Below, in pieces: positions 37,165 through 46,285 of a stretch of DNA of 52,246 nucleotides (position 1 is its first letter; each line of letters starts with the position of its first letter). Source of the DNA: an uncultured bacterium (GTDB taxonomy: Bacteria; Margulisbacteria; WOR-1; XYC2-FULL-46-14; WPAF01); the NCBI GenBank assembly GCA_903930225.1, contig CAIYXV010000017.1, forward strand, positions 1-52,246. Reading direction: 5' to 3'. The position numbers and the translations under genes are program-made. The notes beneath the pieces are model-generated. The model did not search any database. It was not told the DNA's origin and saw only the letters and a program-made list of their open reading frames with translations.

Positions 37165-37992
37165 ATGAAGCCAAAAAAGCTTTTTCCAAAGAGAAAACCC
37201 GATACCCACAAGGGAGATTACGGAAAGGTCTTTATTCTGGCCGGATCAGTTGGCATGCTGGGCGCCGCGATCCTGGCGAGCCGGGCGGCGCTTAGGGGAG
37301 GGGCAGGGATCGTTTATCTCGGCGTTCCCAGGTCCTCAAGAGATATCGTGAATATAGCCACTCCGGAAATTATCGTTCTGGGGGGAGATTCGGCCTCTGA
37401 TTTTTTTGATCTCGCGCGGGGGGCCGACGCAATCGCCGCAGGCCCGGGGCTTGGAGCGAGAGGAAAGATAGCGAAGGAATTGCTGGCCCGCCTCGGCCGG
37501 GCAAAATACGACCGGCCGATAGTTCTTGACGCCGACGGCCTGACCGCTTTCGAAAATGACTTAACTTCGCTTGGCAGACTGCGCCTTAATCTTATATTGA
37601 CCCCTCATCCCGGAGAAATGGGAAAATTATTCGGAAAGACCGCCGAACAAGTGCAGGTGAGCCGTTCGGATTTTGCCGCGAACCTTTCCAAACAAACCGG
37701 CGGCGTTACGGTCCTTAAAGGGCATAACACGGTCATCTCCGACCGGTCCGGAAAGACTTTTACTAATAGATCCGGGAATCCCGGGATGGCGACCGCCGGA
37801 ACGGGGGATGTTCTTACCGGCCTGATCGCAAGCTTCGCCGCCCAAGGATTTGAGCCGATCGATGCCGCGCGGACGGGCGTTTTCGTGCACGGCCTGGCCG
37901 GCGATCTGGCTGGATCAGACCTTGGAGAAATTGGAATGATCGCTTCCGACATTATCAAACAGATACCGAAAGCGATAAAAAAGGTCCAATAA
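37165..37992 (+). CDS. nnrD: ADP-dependent NAD(P)H-hydrate dehydratase (YjeF C-terminal type)
   Basis: The start at 37165 is followed by HKGDYGKV. ILTPHPGE and GTGDVLTG are also present. Confidence 0.85.
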   Translation: MKPKKLFPKRKPDTHKGDYGKVFILAGSVGMLGAAILASRAALRGGAGIVYLGVPRSSRDIVNIATPEIIVLGGDSASDFFDLARGADAIAAGPGLGARGKIAKELLARLGRAKYDRPIVLDADGLTAFENDLTSLGRLRLNLILTPHPGEMGKLFGKTAEQVQVSRSDFAANLSKQTGGVTVLKGHNTVISDRSGKTFTNRSGNPGMATAGTGDVLTGLIASFAAQGFEPIDAARTGVFVHGLAGDLAGSDLGEIGMIASDIIKQIPKAIKKVQ

Positions 37993-37993
37993 A

Positions 37994-38788
37994 ATGCAAA
38001 AAAGAATAGATAAGACGATCGTCGCGTTCGAACAATTGGGACACGTTACCATCGAGTTCATCGAGGAGACCGGCCGCATCATGCAGCTGGCGCTGACCAC
38101 CGTCGCCTGGATATTTTCCGGGAAAGTGAACCTGCGGCTGGTGCTGGACCAGATGGTAAAAGTAGGCGTCGACTCGCTGCCGATCGCCCTGACCTCGGCC
38201 GCTTTTGTGGGCATGGTCTTTGCCGTGCAGATCGCTACCGAATTCGTTAAGTTCGGCGCCAGCAAATACGTGGGAGGCGTAATGGGGATCGCGGTGGCCA
38301 GAGAGCTGGCCCCGGCGCTGACCGGCATCGTTATTTCCAGCCGGGTTTCGGCCGCGATCGCCGCGGAGATCGGCACCATGAAAGTGACCGAGCAGATCGA
38401 CGCCCTGAACGCGATGGGGAGCAGTCCGATCAGTTACCTTGTCATTCCCCGATTCATCGCCTGCACGCTGATGCTGCCTCTGCTTACCATTCTTTCCGAT
38501 ATTTTTTGCTTTATAGGCGGCTATGTAGTATCGGTGTACTTGATAAAGATAAACGCGGTCGATTACATCAATTCCGCCCAGCAGATGGTTAAATTCAACG
38601 ATATTTACGGCGGGATATTCAAATCATTTATTTTCGGCATGATAATCTCGGTGATCGCCTGCAACAAGGGATTGCGGGCGCAGGGCGGGGCCAAAGGGGT
38701 GGGGGAGGCAACGACCAGTTCCGTGGTCGCTTCCCTGATCGCTCTTTTTATAACCAATTATTTCCTTTCGGTGCTGTTATTCAAATGA
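37994..38788 (+). CDS. mlaE: MlaE-family ABC permease
   Basis: 264-aa polytopic permease with the ARELAPALTGI...AAEIGTMKVTEQIDAL pattern. Confidence 0.85.
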   Translation: MQKRIDKTIVAFEQLGHVTIEFIEETGRIMQLALTTVAWIFSGKVNLRLVLDQMVKVGVDSLPIALTSAAFVGMVFAVQIATEFVKFGASKYVGGVMGIAVARELAPALTGIVISSRVSAAIAAEIGTMKVTEQIDALNAMGSSPISYLVIPRFIACTLMLPLLTILSDIFCFIGGYVVSVYLIKINAVDYINSAQQMVKFNDIYGGIFKSFIFGMIISVIACNKGLRAQGGAKGVGEATTSSVVASLIALFITNYFLSVLLFK

Positions 38789-39516
38789 TAAAAATAGTTG
38801 ATCTGTCAAAAGCGTTCAATCATCTGGTCGTTCTGGACCGGGTCACGCTCGACATCCCGGACGGCGAGACCCTGGCCGTGATCGGACCTTCCGGCTGCGG
38901 CAAATCCACGCTCCTGCGGCTTATTCTGGGACTGGAAACGATCGATTTCGGACAGATCCTGGTTGACGGTCAGGATGTCGGCAAACTGAACGAAGAGGGA
39001 CTGATCAAATTGAGGCAGAAGATCGGCATGGTCTTTCAGTCGAGCGCGCTGTTCGATTCGCTTAGCGTGTTCGAAAACGTGGCTTTTCCATTGCGGGAGC
39101 ATACCGATCTCGATGACGGGGAGATCAAAGATATCGTGGAAAACAAACTGGCCATGGTTGAACTTTACGGCAAGGGCGAGATCATGCCTTCGGAGCTTTC
39201 CGGCGGCATGCAAAAAAGGGTTTCGATCGCGCGGGCGCTCGCATTCGATCCTAAGATCATACTCTACGATGAGCCTACCACGGGCCTCGACCCGATAACT
39301 TCCAGCACCATCGAGGCTCTGATAAACAAGCTGGCCGGCGACCTTAAGGTCATATCGATCGTCGTGACCCATCAATTAAGCACCATATTCCGGACCGCGC
39401 ATAAGATCATAATGCTGGATAATGGCAAATTCATTGTCGGCGGGACGGTCGAGCAGGTAAAAAGATCCCAGGATCCGGTAATTTCCCGGTTCATTAACGC
39501 TGGAATTACGCTATAA
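38785..39516 (+). CDS. mlaF: MlaF-family ABC ATP-binding protein
   Basis: GPSGCGKST, LSGGMQKRVSIARAL, ILYDEPTTGLDP. Confidence 0.85.
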   Translation: MIKIVDLSKAFNHLVVLDRVTLDIPDGETLAVIGPSGCGKSTLLRLILGLETIDFGQILVDGQDVGKLNEEGLIKLRQKIGMVFQSSALFDSLSVFENVAFPLREHTDLDDGEIKDIVENKLAMVELYGKGEIMPSELSGGMQKRVSIARALAFDPKIILYDEPTTGLDPITSSTIEALINKLAGDLKVISIVVTHQLSTIFRTAHKIIMLDNGKFIVGGTVEQVKRSQDPVISRFINAGITL

Positions 39517-39536
39517 TATTATAGAAGGGGTAAAAG

Positions 39537-40643
39537 ATGAAATTATCCACTGCGGCCAAAGTTGGGATACTGACGCTTATCGGAGCGATCGCGCTGGCAG
39601 CCATGATCAGCTGGAAGAGCAACTTTTTCCTGCTCCGCGAAGGGATAGAGATCATCGGCTCCTTCCCCAATATCGAAGGCTTGACGGTTGGCTCCGAGGT
39701 CAGGTATCGGGGCTTCAGCGTTGGCAAAGTTATGCGCATCGATGCCGGACCGCAGGATATAAAAATTTACGCGACGGTCAGTAAAGACGTAAAGATACCG
39801 ATGGATTCTTCCCTGCGTGTCGGTTTTGACGGCATTGTCGGCCTCAAATACCTTGAGATCAGGCCGGGGACCTCGGAAGTGCAATATACCGCCGGCACGG
39901 AAATGCCCGGCATCAGCACTGCCGGACTGGTCGACTTCGTAGATATCGGGACCAAGAACCTGGCAGAGACCAAGGCGATTCTTGAAACGTTCCGTAAAAT
40001 GGTGGAAAACTCTAAATTACAAGATGCGATCTCGGGAACCGTGTATAAGACGGAAGAGATAGCCGATAATATAAATAAACTCACCAATGAGCTAAGGACC
40101 ACTAATAAGGGAATAAAGGACATAACCTCCGATCAAAAATTCCAGGAGAACGTCAAAGGAACGATCGCGCAAACAAACACTACTTTGACCTCGGCCAATA
40201 AGTTCTTTGAATCTTTCGGCAAGTTGAATGTTAGGACCAGCGGGGACATAAGCTATGGTTCGGCGGCCAATCAGGTAAGGGGTAATCTTGATATCGTGCA
40301 GAGTGAAAAAGACTTTTTAAGGCTCGGGCTGGGGGAGGGCCCCACGCGCGATCTGGCGCTGCAGGATATCTTGGTCTCGCGAAAAGCGACTGATACCCTC
40401 GGCATGAAGCTGGGAATGATCAATTCCAGACTGGGCGGAGGTCTGGATCTCTATATGTCTCCCGATTGGACTGTAAGCGGCGACCTGTATGATATCAATA
40501 ATCCAAAGCCGAATGTGCCTAAATTCAGGTTTACCAGCTATAATAGCGTAACCTATTATATGGACCTTATGCTGCAGGCCGATGATATGTTCAATTCCGC
40601 CAGAAATTATTCATTTGGGATAAGAGTTAAGGGCGGACGGTAA
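39537..40643 (+). CDS. mlaD: MlaD/MCE-domain protein with a long C-terminal extension
   Basis: Has an N-terminal TM anchor and an MCE domain (GLTVGSEVRYRGFSVGKV). About 230 further residues include helical and beta-rich parts. Confidence 0.75.
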   Translation: MKLSTAAKVGILTLIGAIALAAMISWKSNFFLLREGIEIIGSFPNIEGLTVGSEVRYRGFSVGKVMRIDAGPQDIKIYATVSKDVKIPMDSSLRVGFDGIVGLKYLEIRPGTSEVQYTAGTEMPGISTAGLVDFVDIGTKNLAETKAILETFRKMVENSKLQDAISGTVYKTEEIADNINKLTNELRTTNKGIKDITSDQKFQENVKGTIAQTNTTLTSANKFFESFGKLNVRTSGDISYGSAANQVRGNLDIVQSEKDFLRLGLGEGPTRDLALQDILVSRKATDTLGMKLGMINSRLGGGLDLYMSPDWTVSGDLYDINNPKPNVPKFRFTSYNSVTYYMDLMLQADDMFNSARNYSFGIRVKGGR

Positions 40644-40736
40644 TGAAAATCCCAAAATTTATAGCATAACCACATTCCCGCAATCGTTTGAATCGATGAA
40701 AAAGCCTTAAAATCAATCATATTTCACTAATTAACA

Positions 40737-40764
40737 ACGTCGTATAATATATCTTATGTCAAGT
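40737..40764. other. candidate dif site (XerC/XerD chromosome-dimer resolution site)
   Basis: The 28-mer is ACGTCGTATAA-TATATC-TTATGTCAAGT. It matches E. coli dif (GGTGCGCATAATGTATATTATGTTAAAT) at 19 of 28 positions. It matches B. subtilis dif (ACTTCCTAGAATATATATTATGTAAACT, as I recall it) at 22 of 28. The inner palindrome ATAA-N6-TTAT is conserved, and the site lies in the convergent spacer where gene orientation flips. Confidence 0.55.
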
Positions 40765-41011
40765 ACGCCCAAAGTGACGATAGGCAGTTATTTGGCTCTA
40801 GTGGGCCTAATATTGCATCACCTTCTACTTATCCACATCGGTATTCAACAGGTAATTTAAACGGATCGCGGCGCTTGGTTTAGATCAAAATTATCAGGTT
40901 TTAATGGCATATTCTGTTATTCTCTGGCTCCCCTACTGAAACTGCTATATTTCGATAGAATATGGTCCGTTTATTGATCTATATGATTAAAGTGATGATA
41001 TGTGATGATTA

Positions 41012-42595
41012 TTAGTTTAAATTTAAGAGATATGTCTTGAATAATAAACCGGATGATGTTGGATTATAATTCCAGTCGCTCAATAGCTTTGGATCATAAA
41101 TCGGGCTGAAATTCCAGACCGTCCAGCTGATCTTCTTAGCCTCAAGATAGTTAATGATATCGTTCCCATACTGGCTATCGGCCTTATAATGTATCCCTGG
41201 TGCGGCACCCGGGTCAAAACCGAATTCAGTGGCAAATATCGGATAATTCGACTTAAGATTGCCGAAAGCTGCGTCCCAGGACAAAGATTCGTTCGGATAC
41301 GGATGCGTGGCATATACGATATTCGGCCGGTTAACGGGATTTAATGCTGCAAATTCCAGATCATAAGCGTAATTAATGCCTCCAACGATGACCTTACAGT
41401 CGCTGTCGACCGCGCGTATCTCGTCAATAATGCTTTCGGATTTTATCTTCCAGTCCTGCCAGGACTTTGAATCGGTCGCGCCGGATTCCGCGGTCGGCTC
41501 ATTGAATATTTCATAAAATGCCACCCGGGAGTCAAACTGATAATGACCGGCAATATCAGACCAGAACGACATCAATTCCTGGTCGGTATAAGCGTAAATA
41601 GAGCCCGAAAACGGCATTCCGGCCGGCTCAAGGTCCATATAGGTCGTGCTGGGAGGAAAACCGATCGAATGAAAATCGATAATGGCATAGAGCTTATATT
41701 TGGCCGCCAGATCAAGGACCCGGTCAAGCAAAGCCAGGTACTTAGCGCTGCCGTAGTACTTATAATAAGCGGGATGGATCGGGATCCTGATTATTTTCGC
41801 TTTCCAGGCGGCAATATTTGAAAAATAATCATCATTGACCTTGTTATAGTTCAGGTCCATATCCGCCGGGTCCAGTATATTTACGCCGCGAAAAACGAAT
41901 TCAGAACCCTTATCATCCAATATTTTATTGCCGCTGATCGTGAACTTTCGCGGATAATCAGCGGTATTGAATGTGATCGCGGACGAAAATGGGCCAAGAA
42001 TCCGGTTCCCGGCATTTACGTTAAAAGCGCAAACCTTGATATAGTAAGTGGTATTGGAATTAAGCCCGGTGATCTGTAACGTTCCGCCGGCCGATTCGGT
42101 CGTTCCTATATTTTGCGCGCTGCTGTCAGTGCCGTAGCTGATCAGATAACCGTTTGCCGACAGCGTATTCCAGGATACCGATACGGAATATGGTTTGATG
42201 TCCGATGCGGAAAGGTTCTGCGGCGTCTGCGGCGCGATAATCGCAGTTCTTACGCTCACTTCGGCAGTCGCAAACACCGAACTGTATAATACGCGTATAA
42301 AACCCTCAGCTGATTGCGAGCTGGTCGAAGTAAAAATGCCTTGTTTCGTGATCGATCCAAGCGCCGAGTCCGAAACCGACCACTCCGGGCTAAAATCTCG
42401 CGTGGTCCCATCATTATAAACCGCCCGGCAAGTGAATGCCTGTACGGTCAAAGGCGCTAAAACCGCGCTTTGCGGCATGATCGTAAGCGTCTTGACTACA
42501 TATTTTGAATTTTCCGCGCTGCATCCATAAAATATGAGGGCCGCGAAAAATGCGATTATAGCGATTTTAATTCCGTTAGGCATAGTTTGGCGCAT
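41012..42595 (-). CDS. glycoside hydrolase family 5 lipoprotein with Big_2 and FN3 domains
   Basis: Lipobox-like signal ...LIFYGC. A Big_2-like segment and an FN3 segment (PQNLSASDIKPYSVSVSWN...TTYYIKVCAF) precede the GH5 domain. The GH5 catalytic motifs are FEIFNEPT (acid/base) and IFATEFG (nucleophile). Confidence 0.8.
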   Translation of the reverse strand: MRQTMPNGIKIAIIAFFAALIFYGCSAENSKYVVKTLTIMPQSAVLAPLTVQAFTCRAVYNDGTTRDFSPEWSVSDSALGSITKQGIFTSTSSQSAEGFIRVLYSSVFATAEVSVRTAIIAPQTPQNLSASDIKPYSVSVSWNTLSANGYLISYGTDSSAQNIGTTESAGGTLQITGLNSNTTYYIKVCAFNVNAGNRILGPFSSAITFNTADYPRKFTISGNKILDDKGSEFVFRGVNILDPADMDLNYNKVNDDYFSNIAAWKAKIIRIPIHPAYYKYYGSAKYLALLDRVLDLAAKYKLYAIIDFHSIGFPPSTTYMDLEPAGMPFSGSIYAYTDQELMSFWSDIAGHYQFDSRVAFYEIFNEPTAESGATDSKSWQDWKIKSESIIDEIRAVDSDCKVIVGGINYAYDLEFAALNPVNRPNIVYATHPYPNESLSWDAAFGNLKSNYPIFATEFGFDPGAAPGIHYKADSQYGNDIINYLEAKKISWTVWNFSPIYDPKLLSDWNYNPTSSGLLFKTYLLNLN

Positions 42596-42633
42596 AAACT
42601 CTGCTATATTATCTGACGATCGCAGCTAATATT

Positions 42634-43323
42634 TCATTTCCCGTTCTGGAGATAATTCCTTAGGGATTTTCTGGTGTTCAGGTCCATTTTTTGCGAAGCG
42701 CCTTCCTGCGTGGCGGTTGAATTTACTTCCGTTGCGGTATTGCTCGTGCCGCTCTCAGCTGCAACACGGCTGCTCTGGCGGAAATTCAGGAGCGATCTGC
42801 CGATGTTAAGATCGATCTCTCTTACCGTGCCTTTATCCTGGATCGCGTTGTTTGTGAATTTAAGCGTAAAAATAAAATCGAATGCGGGGTAATCGGCCGA
42901 GATCCCCCAATATTGTCCCTTGTAATTGGTCGCTTCCGCCAGAATATAATTTCCGCCGGTCGCGTCGATAAAATTTATCGCCTGCGACGGCATGAAGTTA
43001 AAGTTCCCCATATGATAATTCAATTTTATGGAATTATATAGAAGCAGCGACGCAATCAGCCCGAACCGGGTGGCATTTATGGTCGCGGAATAATTAATAT
43101 CGGACATGATCTGTTCGACCTCGAGGCCGGCCCCGAAATCGCCCAGCGGAACCAGCGCGTTGATGCCGATATTCAGTCCGTTGCCGATGCCGTTAACGAT
43201 GCCGATATGAAAATCAGAATTCAACGGGATAAAGCTTATCGAAGGCAGATTTTCAACTTTCATGGCGAACGCCGCGGTTGAAGCAGCTAATACAATAAAA
43301 ACAGCAAAGACAATCTTTTTCAT
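42634..43323 (-). CDS. secreted hypothetical protein, beta-rich with a polar low-complexity tail
   Basis: Signal peptide MKKIVFAVFIVLAASTAAFA. No family recognised. Its composition resembles that of the adjacent GH5 gene. Confidence 0.5.
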   Translation of the reverse strand: MKKIVFAVFIVLAASTAAFAMKVENLPSISFIPLNSDFHIGIVNGIGNGLNIGINALVPLGDFGAGLEVEQIMSDINYSATINATRFGLIASLLLYNSIKLNYHMGNFNFMPSQAINFIDATGGNYILAEATNYKGQYWGISADYPAFDFIFTLKFTNNAIQDKGTVREIDLNIGRSLLNFRQSSRVAAESGTSNTATEVNSTATQEGASQKMDLNTRKSLRNYLQNGK

Positions 43324-43346
43324 ATCATGCCGCCGAATGCGTGCTA

Positions 43347-44639
43347 TTACAGTCCAAGCTTTTCATATATCTTGCCGATATTCCTCAAGTAATGCCTGAT
43401 ATCAAATGATTCTTCGATCTCCCTGGGCGACAACTTCTTCATGATCCGCGTATCTTCGAGCACGATCGTTTTAAGGTTTTTCCCGAAGTTCCTGGCTTTC
43501 ATGGCCGCGGACTGGATCAGGGAATATGCGCTTTCCCGGGTCAATCCCTTGTCGACCAGCGCGAGCAGCAGCCGCTGGGAATAGATCATGCCGCCGGAGC
43601 GGTCGATATTATGTTTCATCGCTTCTTTGTTGACCGACAGATTTTCTATGATCCGGCTCATGGCCTGGAGCATATAATCCAGCAGTGTGGTCGAATCCGG
43701 GATCACGATCCGTTCAGCCGAAGAATGGCTGATATCCCGCTCGTGCCATAAAGCTATGTCTTCGAGCGCCACCATTGCGTTCCCGCGAAGCACCCGGGCC
43801 ATTCCGCAGACACGCTCGCAGGTAATAGGATTTTTCTTGTGAGGCATGGCAGATGACCCCTTCTGCCCTTTCTTGAACGGCTCCTCCACCTCCCCTATTT
43901 CCGTCTTCTGCAGTCCCCTTATCTCAAGCGCGATCTTTTCGAGCGTTCCGCCGATCACGGCGATAGTTGAAAGATATTCGGCATGCCGGTCGCGCTGAAT
44001 GATCTGGGAAGCGATCGGCGCCGGTTCAAGCCCCAGCCGTTTGCAAGTCATCTCTTCGACCCGCGGATCAATATTTGAATAGGTGCCTACCGCCCCGGAT
44101 AATTTACCTACTGAAATAGACATTTTCGCCTTTTCCATCCGCTCCAGATCGCGCTCCATCTCTTTTAAGTACAGTGCCATTTTCAGGCCAAAAGTCATCG
44201 GCTCAGCGTGCACGCCGTGGGTGCGGCCCATCATCACCGTATCTTTGTGAATGATCGCCATTTTCTTGAGCGCTTTAGCGAGGTCTTTGATCCCGACGAT
44301 CAGCACTTCGGCGGCTTCTTTCATTGACAGCGAAAGCGCGGTGTCGACCACGTCGGACGATGTAAGCCCCATATGGATAAACCTTGAATCCGGACCAACG
44401 TTTTCGGCCACTGCGGTCAGGAATGCGATCACATCGTGGTCGACCGTTTTCTCGATCTCATTTATTCTTTTTATATCGAACTTCGCCCGGCTCTTGATCT
44501 TATTAAGCGATGCTTGCGGGATCTTCTTTAATTTAGTCCAGGCCTCGCAGGCGGCCAGTTCTACTTCCATCCACTTGCTGAATTTGTTCTCCTCCGACCA
44601 GATCTCCTTCATTTTCGGCGTTGTATACCTGTCTATCAT
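43347..44639 (-). CDS. purB: adenylosuccinate lyase
   Basis: Fumarate-lyase signature GSSAMPHKKNP. Typical N-terminus MIDRYTTPEM-like. Confidence 0.95.
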   Translation of the reverse strand: MIDRYTTPKMKEIWSEENKFSKWMEVELAACEAWTKLKKIPQASLNKIKSRAKFDIKRINEIEKTVDHDVIAFLTAVAENVGPDSRFIHMGLTSSDVVDTALSLSMKEAAEVLIVGIKDLAKALKKMAIIHKDTVMMGRTHGVHAEPMTFGLKMALYLKEMERDLERMEKAKMSISVGKLSGAVGTYSNIDPRVEEMTCKRLGLEPAPIASQIIQRDRHAEYLSTIAVIGGTLEKIALEIRGLQKTEIGEVEEPFKKGQKGSSAMPHKKNPITCERVCGMARVLRGNAMVALEDIALWHERDISHSSAERIVIPDSTTLLDYMLQAMSRIIENLSVNKEAMKHNIDRSGGMIYSQRLLLALVDKGLTRESAYSLIQSAAMKARNFGKNLKTIVLEDTRIMKKLSPREIEESFDIRHYLRNIGKIYEKLGL

Positions 44640-44651
44640 ATTTAATCCTTT

Positions 44652-45743
44652 CTATCTTATAGCGATCGACTCGATCTCGTCGAGCAGGGCCTCGACCATC
44701 TCGGCTTCTGGTACCTGCCGGACGATCTTCCCTTCCCTGAATATTACCCCAATCCCATTGCCTCCCGCAAGCCCCACATCCGCGTCGGCCGCCTCCCCGA
44801 AACCATTGACCTCGCAACCCATGATCGCAACCTTGATCGGCTGCTTGATATGAGTGGTATTTTCAACTATCTCCGAGGCGATCTTCTCAACATCGATGTC
44901 GCACCGGCCGCAGGTTGGGCAGGAAATGACGGTGATGCCGTGCTCCGCCAGCTCCAGCGATTTTAATATTTCATAACCGACCCGGACCTCTTCGACCGGA
45001 TCTCCGGTCAATGAAACGCGGAGCGTATCCCCTATCCCTTCGGAAAGTAAAATACCGATCCCGACCGCGGACCGTACCATCCCGATCCGGGGGATGCCCG
45101 ATTCGGTGATGCCGATATGGAGCGGGTATTTTACTTTCTTTGAGATCATCCGGTAGGCGTTGATCGTCATCGGAACGGAGGTCGCCTTGATCGAGATCAC
45201 GATATCTTTAAAGTCCAGTTTTTCAAAAGTTCTAACGTTATTCAGGGCGCTTTCGACCAGCGCCTCGGCGGTCACATGTTTGTATTTCTGCCTGATCTCT
45301 TTCTCCAGGGAGCCGGAATTGACACCAATTCTGATCGGGATACCTCTCTCCTTCGCGACCGCTACTACCGCTTTTACCTTTTCGATGTCCCCGATGTTTC
45401 CGGGATTGATCCTTAATTTATCAACCCCCATTTTAGCCGCGATAATGGCCAAGCGATGGTTAAAGTGGATATCGGCTACCAGCGGAAGGTTGATCTGTTT
45501 CTTGATCTCGCCTAGGGCATAAGCCGCTTTTTCGTCCGGCACCGCGCAGCGGATGATCTGGCAGCCGGCCTTTTCAAGCAGGTTGATCTGCGCAACCGTG
45601 GCGGCGACATCCGAGGTGTCGGTCTTGGTCATAGATTGAACGGCGACGGGGTTACCGTCGCCGATTTCAATCTTGCCTATCCTTATTAGATTAGTATTAT
45701 TTCGCTTCTTCAGCGTAGGCACACGCGATCGCTCCCATTCCAA
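44652..45743 (-). CDS. ispG: 4-hydroxy-3-methylbut-2-enyl diphosphate synthase
   Basis: VAVQSMTKT, VADIHF, RINPGNIG, CPTCGRC, IMGCEVNG. The longest ORF starts with TTG at 45743 and overlaps the upstream gene by 47 nt. A GTG at 45722 is an alternative start. Confidence 0.9.
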   Translation of the reverse strand: MEWERSRVPTLKKRNNTNLIRIGKIEIGDGNPVAVQSMTKTDTSDVAATVAQINLLEKAGCQIIRCAVPDEKAAYALGEIKKQINLPLVADIHFNHRLAIIAAKMGVDKLRINPGNIGDIEKVKAVVAVAKERGIPIRIGVNSGSLEKEIRQKYKHVTAEALVESALNNVRTFEKLDFKDIVISIKATSVPMTINAYRMISKKVKYPLHIGITESGIPRIGMVRSAVGIGILLSEGIGDTLRVSLTGDPVEEVRVGYEILKSLELAEHGITVISCPTCGRCDIDVEKIASEIVENTTHIKQPIKVAIMGCEVNGFGEAADADVGLAGGNGIGVIFREGKIVRQVPEAEMVEALLDEIESIAIR

Positions 45744-46275
45744 GAGGCATGGTCAACAAGGCCCCGATCCCCCAGAGAATGTTGCCGATGCCGCCAACAA
45801 TCCCGGCCAGGATCAAAAGCAGAAGGTGCATCCAGAAATTATTTTTGGTCACCAGTTCTCTGCTCGCTTTAAGGCTGTCGTTGATCGAAAGACCCTTGTC
45901 ATATACCATCAACAGCGAGAACATCCAGCAAACACCCAGATAAAGATCTGCAATGATCGCCGCGAGAGACAGGATCATTCCGATCGTGTTCCAACCCAGG
46001 TAAAAGCAGATGATAGAGGGCAGCCAGCATAGCATAAGCAGGATCCCAAGCCAGATCGCCCCAAAAAAGAGGCTGACGAATTTGCTAAATGGCGCAAAAA
46101 CATCGCCAAAGCCGATGGTCCCGCCTTTTTTAGCGGTCGCGAACATCATCATAAACCCTATATAGGGCGCTACTAAGATACTCAAGATCGAAGCTACGAT
46201 CCCGGCCAGAAAAATTACAATAAAATTCTTGATATAAACATTCCAGGAATCTGTGAACGCTTTTCCAATATTCAT
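45697..46275 (-). CDS. polytopic integral membrane protein, family not recognised
   Basis: 192 aa with about 5 hydrophobic helices, lying in the operon between purC and ispG. Confidence 0.5.
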   Translation of the reverse strand: MNIGKAFTDSWNVYIKNFIVIFLAGIVASILSILVAPYIGFMMMFATAKKGGTIGFGDVFAPFSKFVSLFFGAIWLGILLMLCWLPSIICFYLGWNTIGMILSLAAIIADLYLGVCWMFSLLMVYDKGLSINDSLKASRELVTKNNFWMHLLLLILAGIVGGIGNILWGIGALLTMPLGMGAIACAYAEEAK

Positions 46276-46285
46276 TCTTTACCTC

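Noticed and set aside
40756-40860. 34-aa hydrophobic ORF (MSSTPKVTIGSYLALVGLILHHLLLIHIGIQQVI) preceded by TATAAT; a possible type I toxin or leaderless micro-ORF
   Set aside because: Both its TATAAT and its ATG are part of the 28-bp dif-like palindrome (40737-40764), which explains them better. There is no SD and no second line of evidence.
42587-42614. Possible second, degenerate dif-like site at the far side of the GH5 gene (TTGGCGCATAA-ACTCTG-CTATATTATCT)
   Set aside because: Only the XerC-like arm is decent (8 of 11 versus E. coli). The XerD-like arm matches 6 of 11, and the GCGCAT includes the GH5 start codon. This is too weak to support an IMEX boundary.
44251-44853. 200-aa ORF on the plus strand
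   Set aside because: It is antisense to purB and ispG. It is Ser/Ile-rich with shadow-frame composition.
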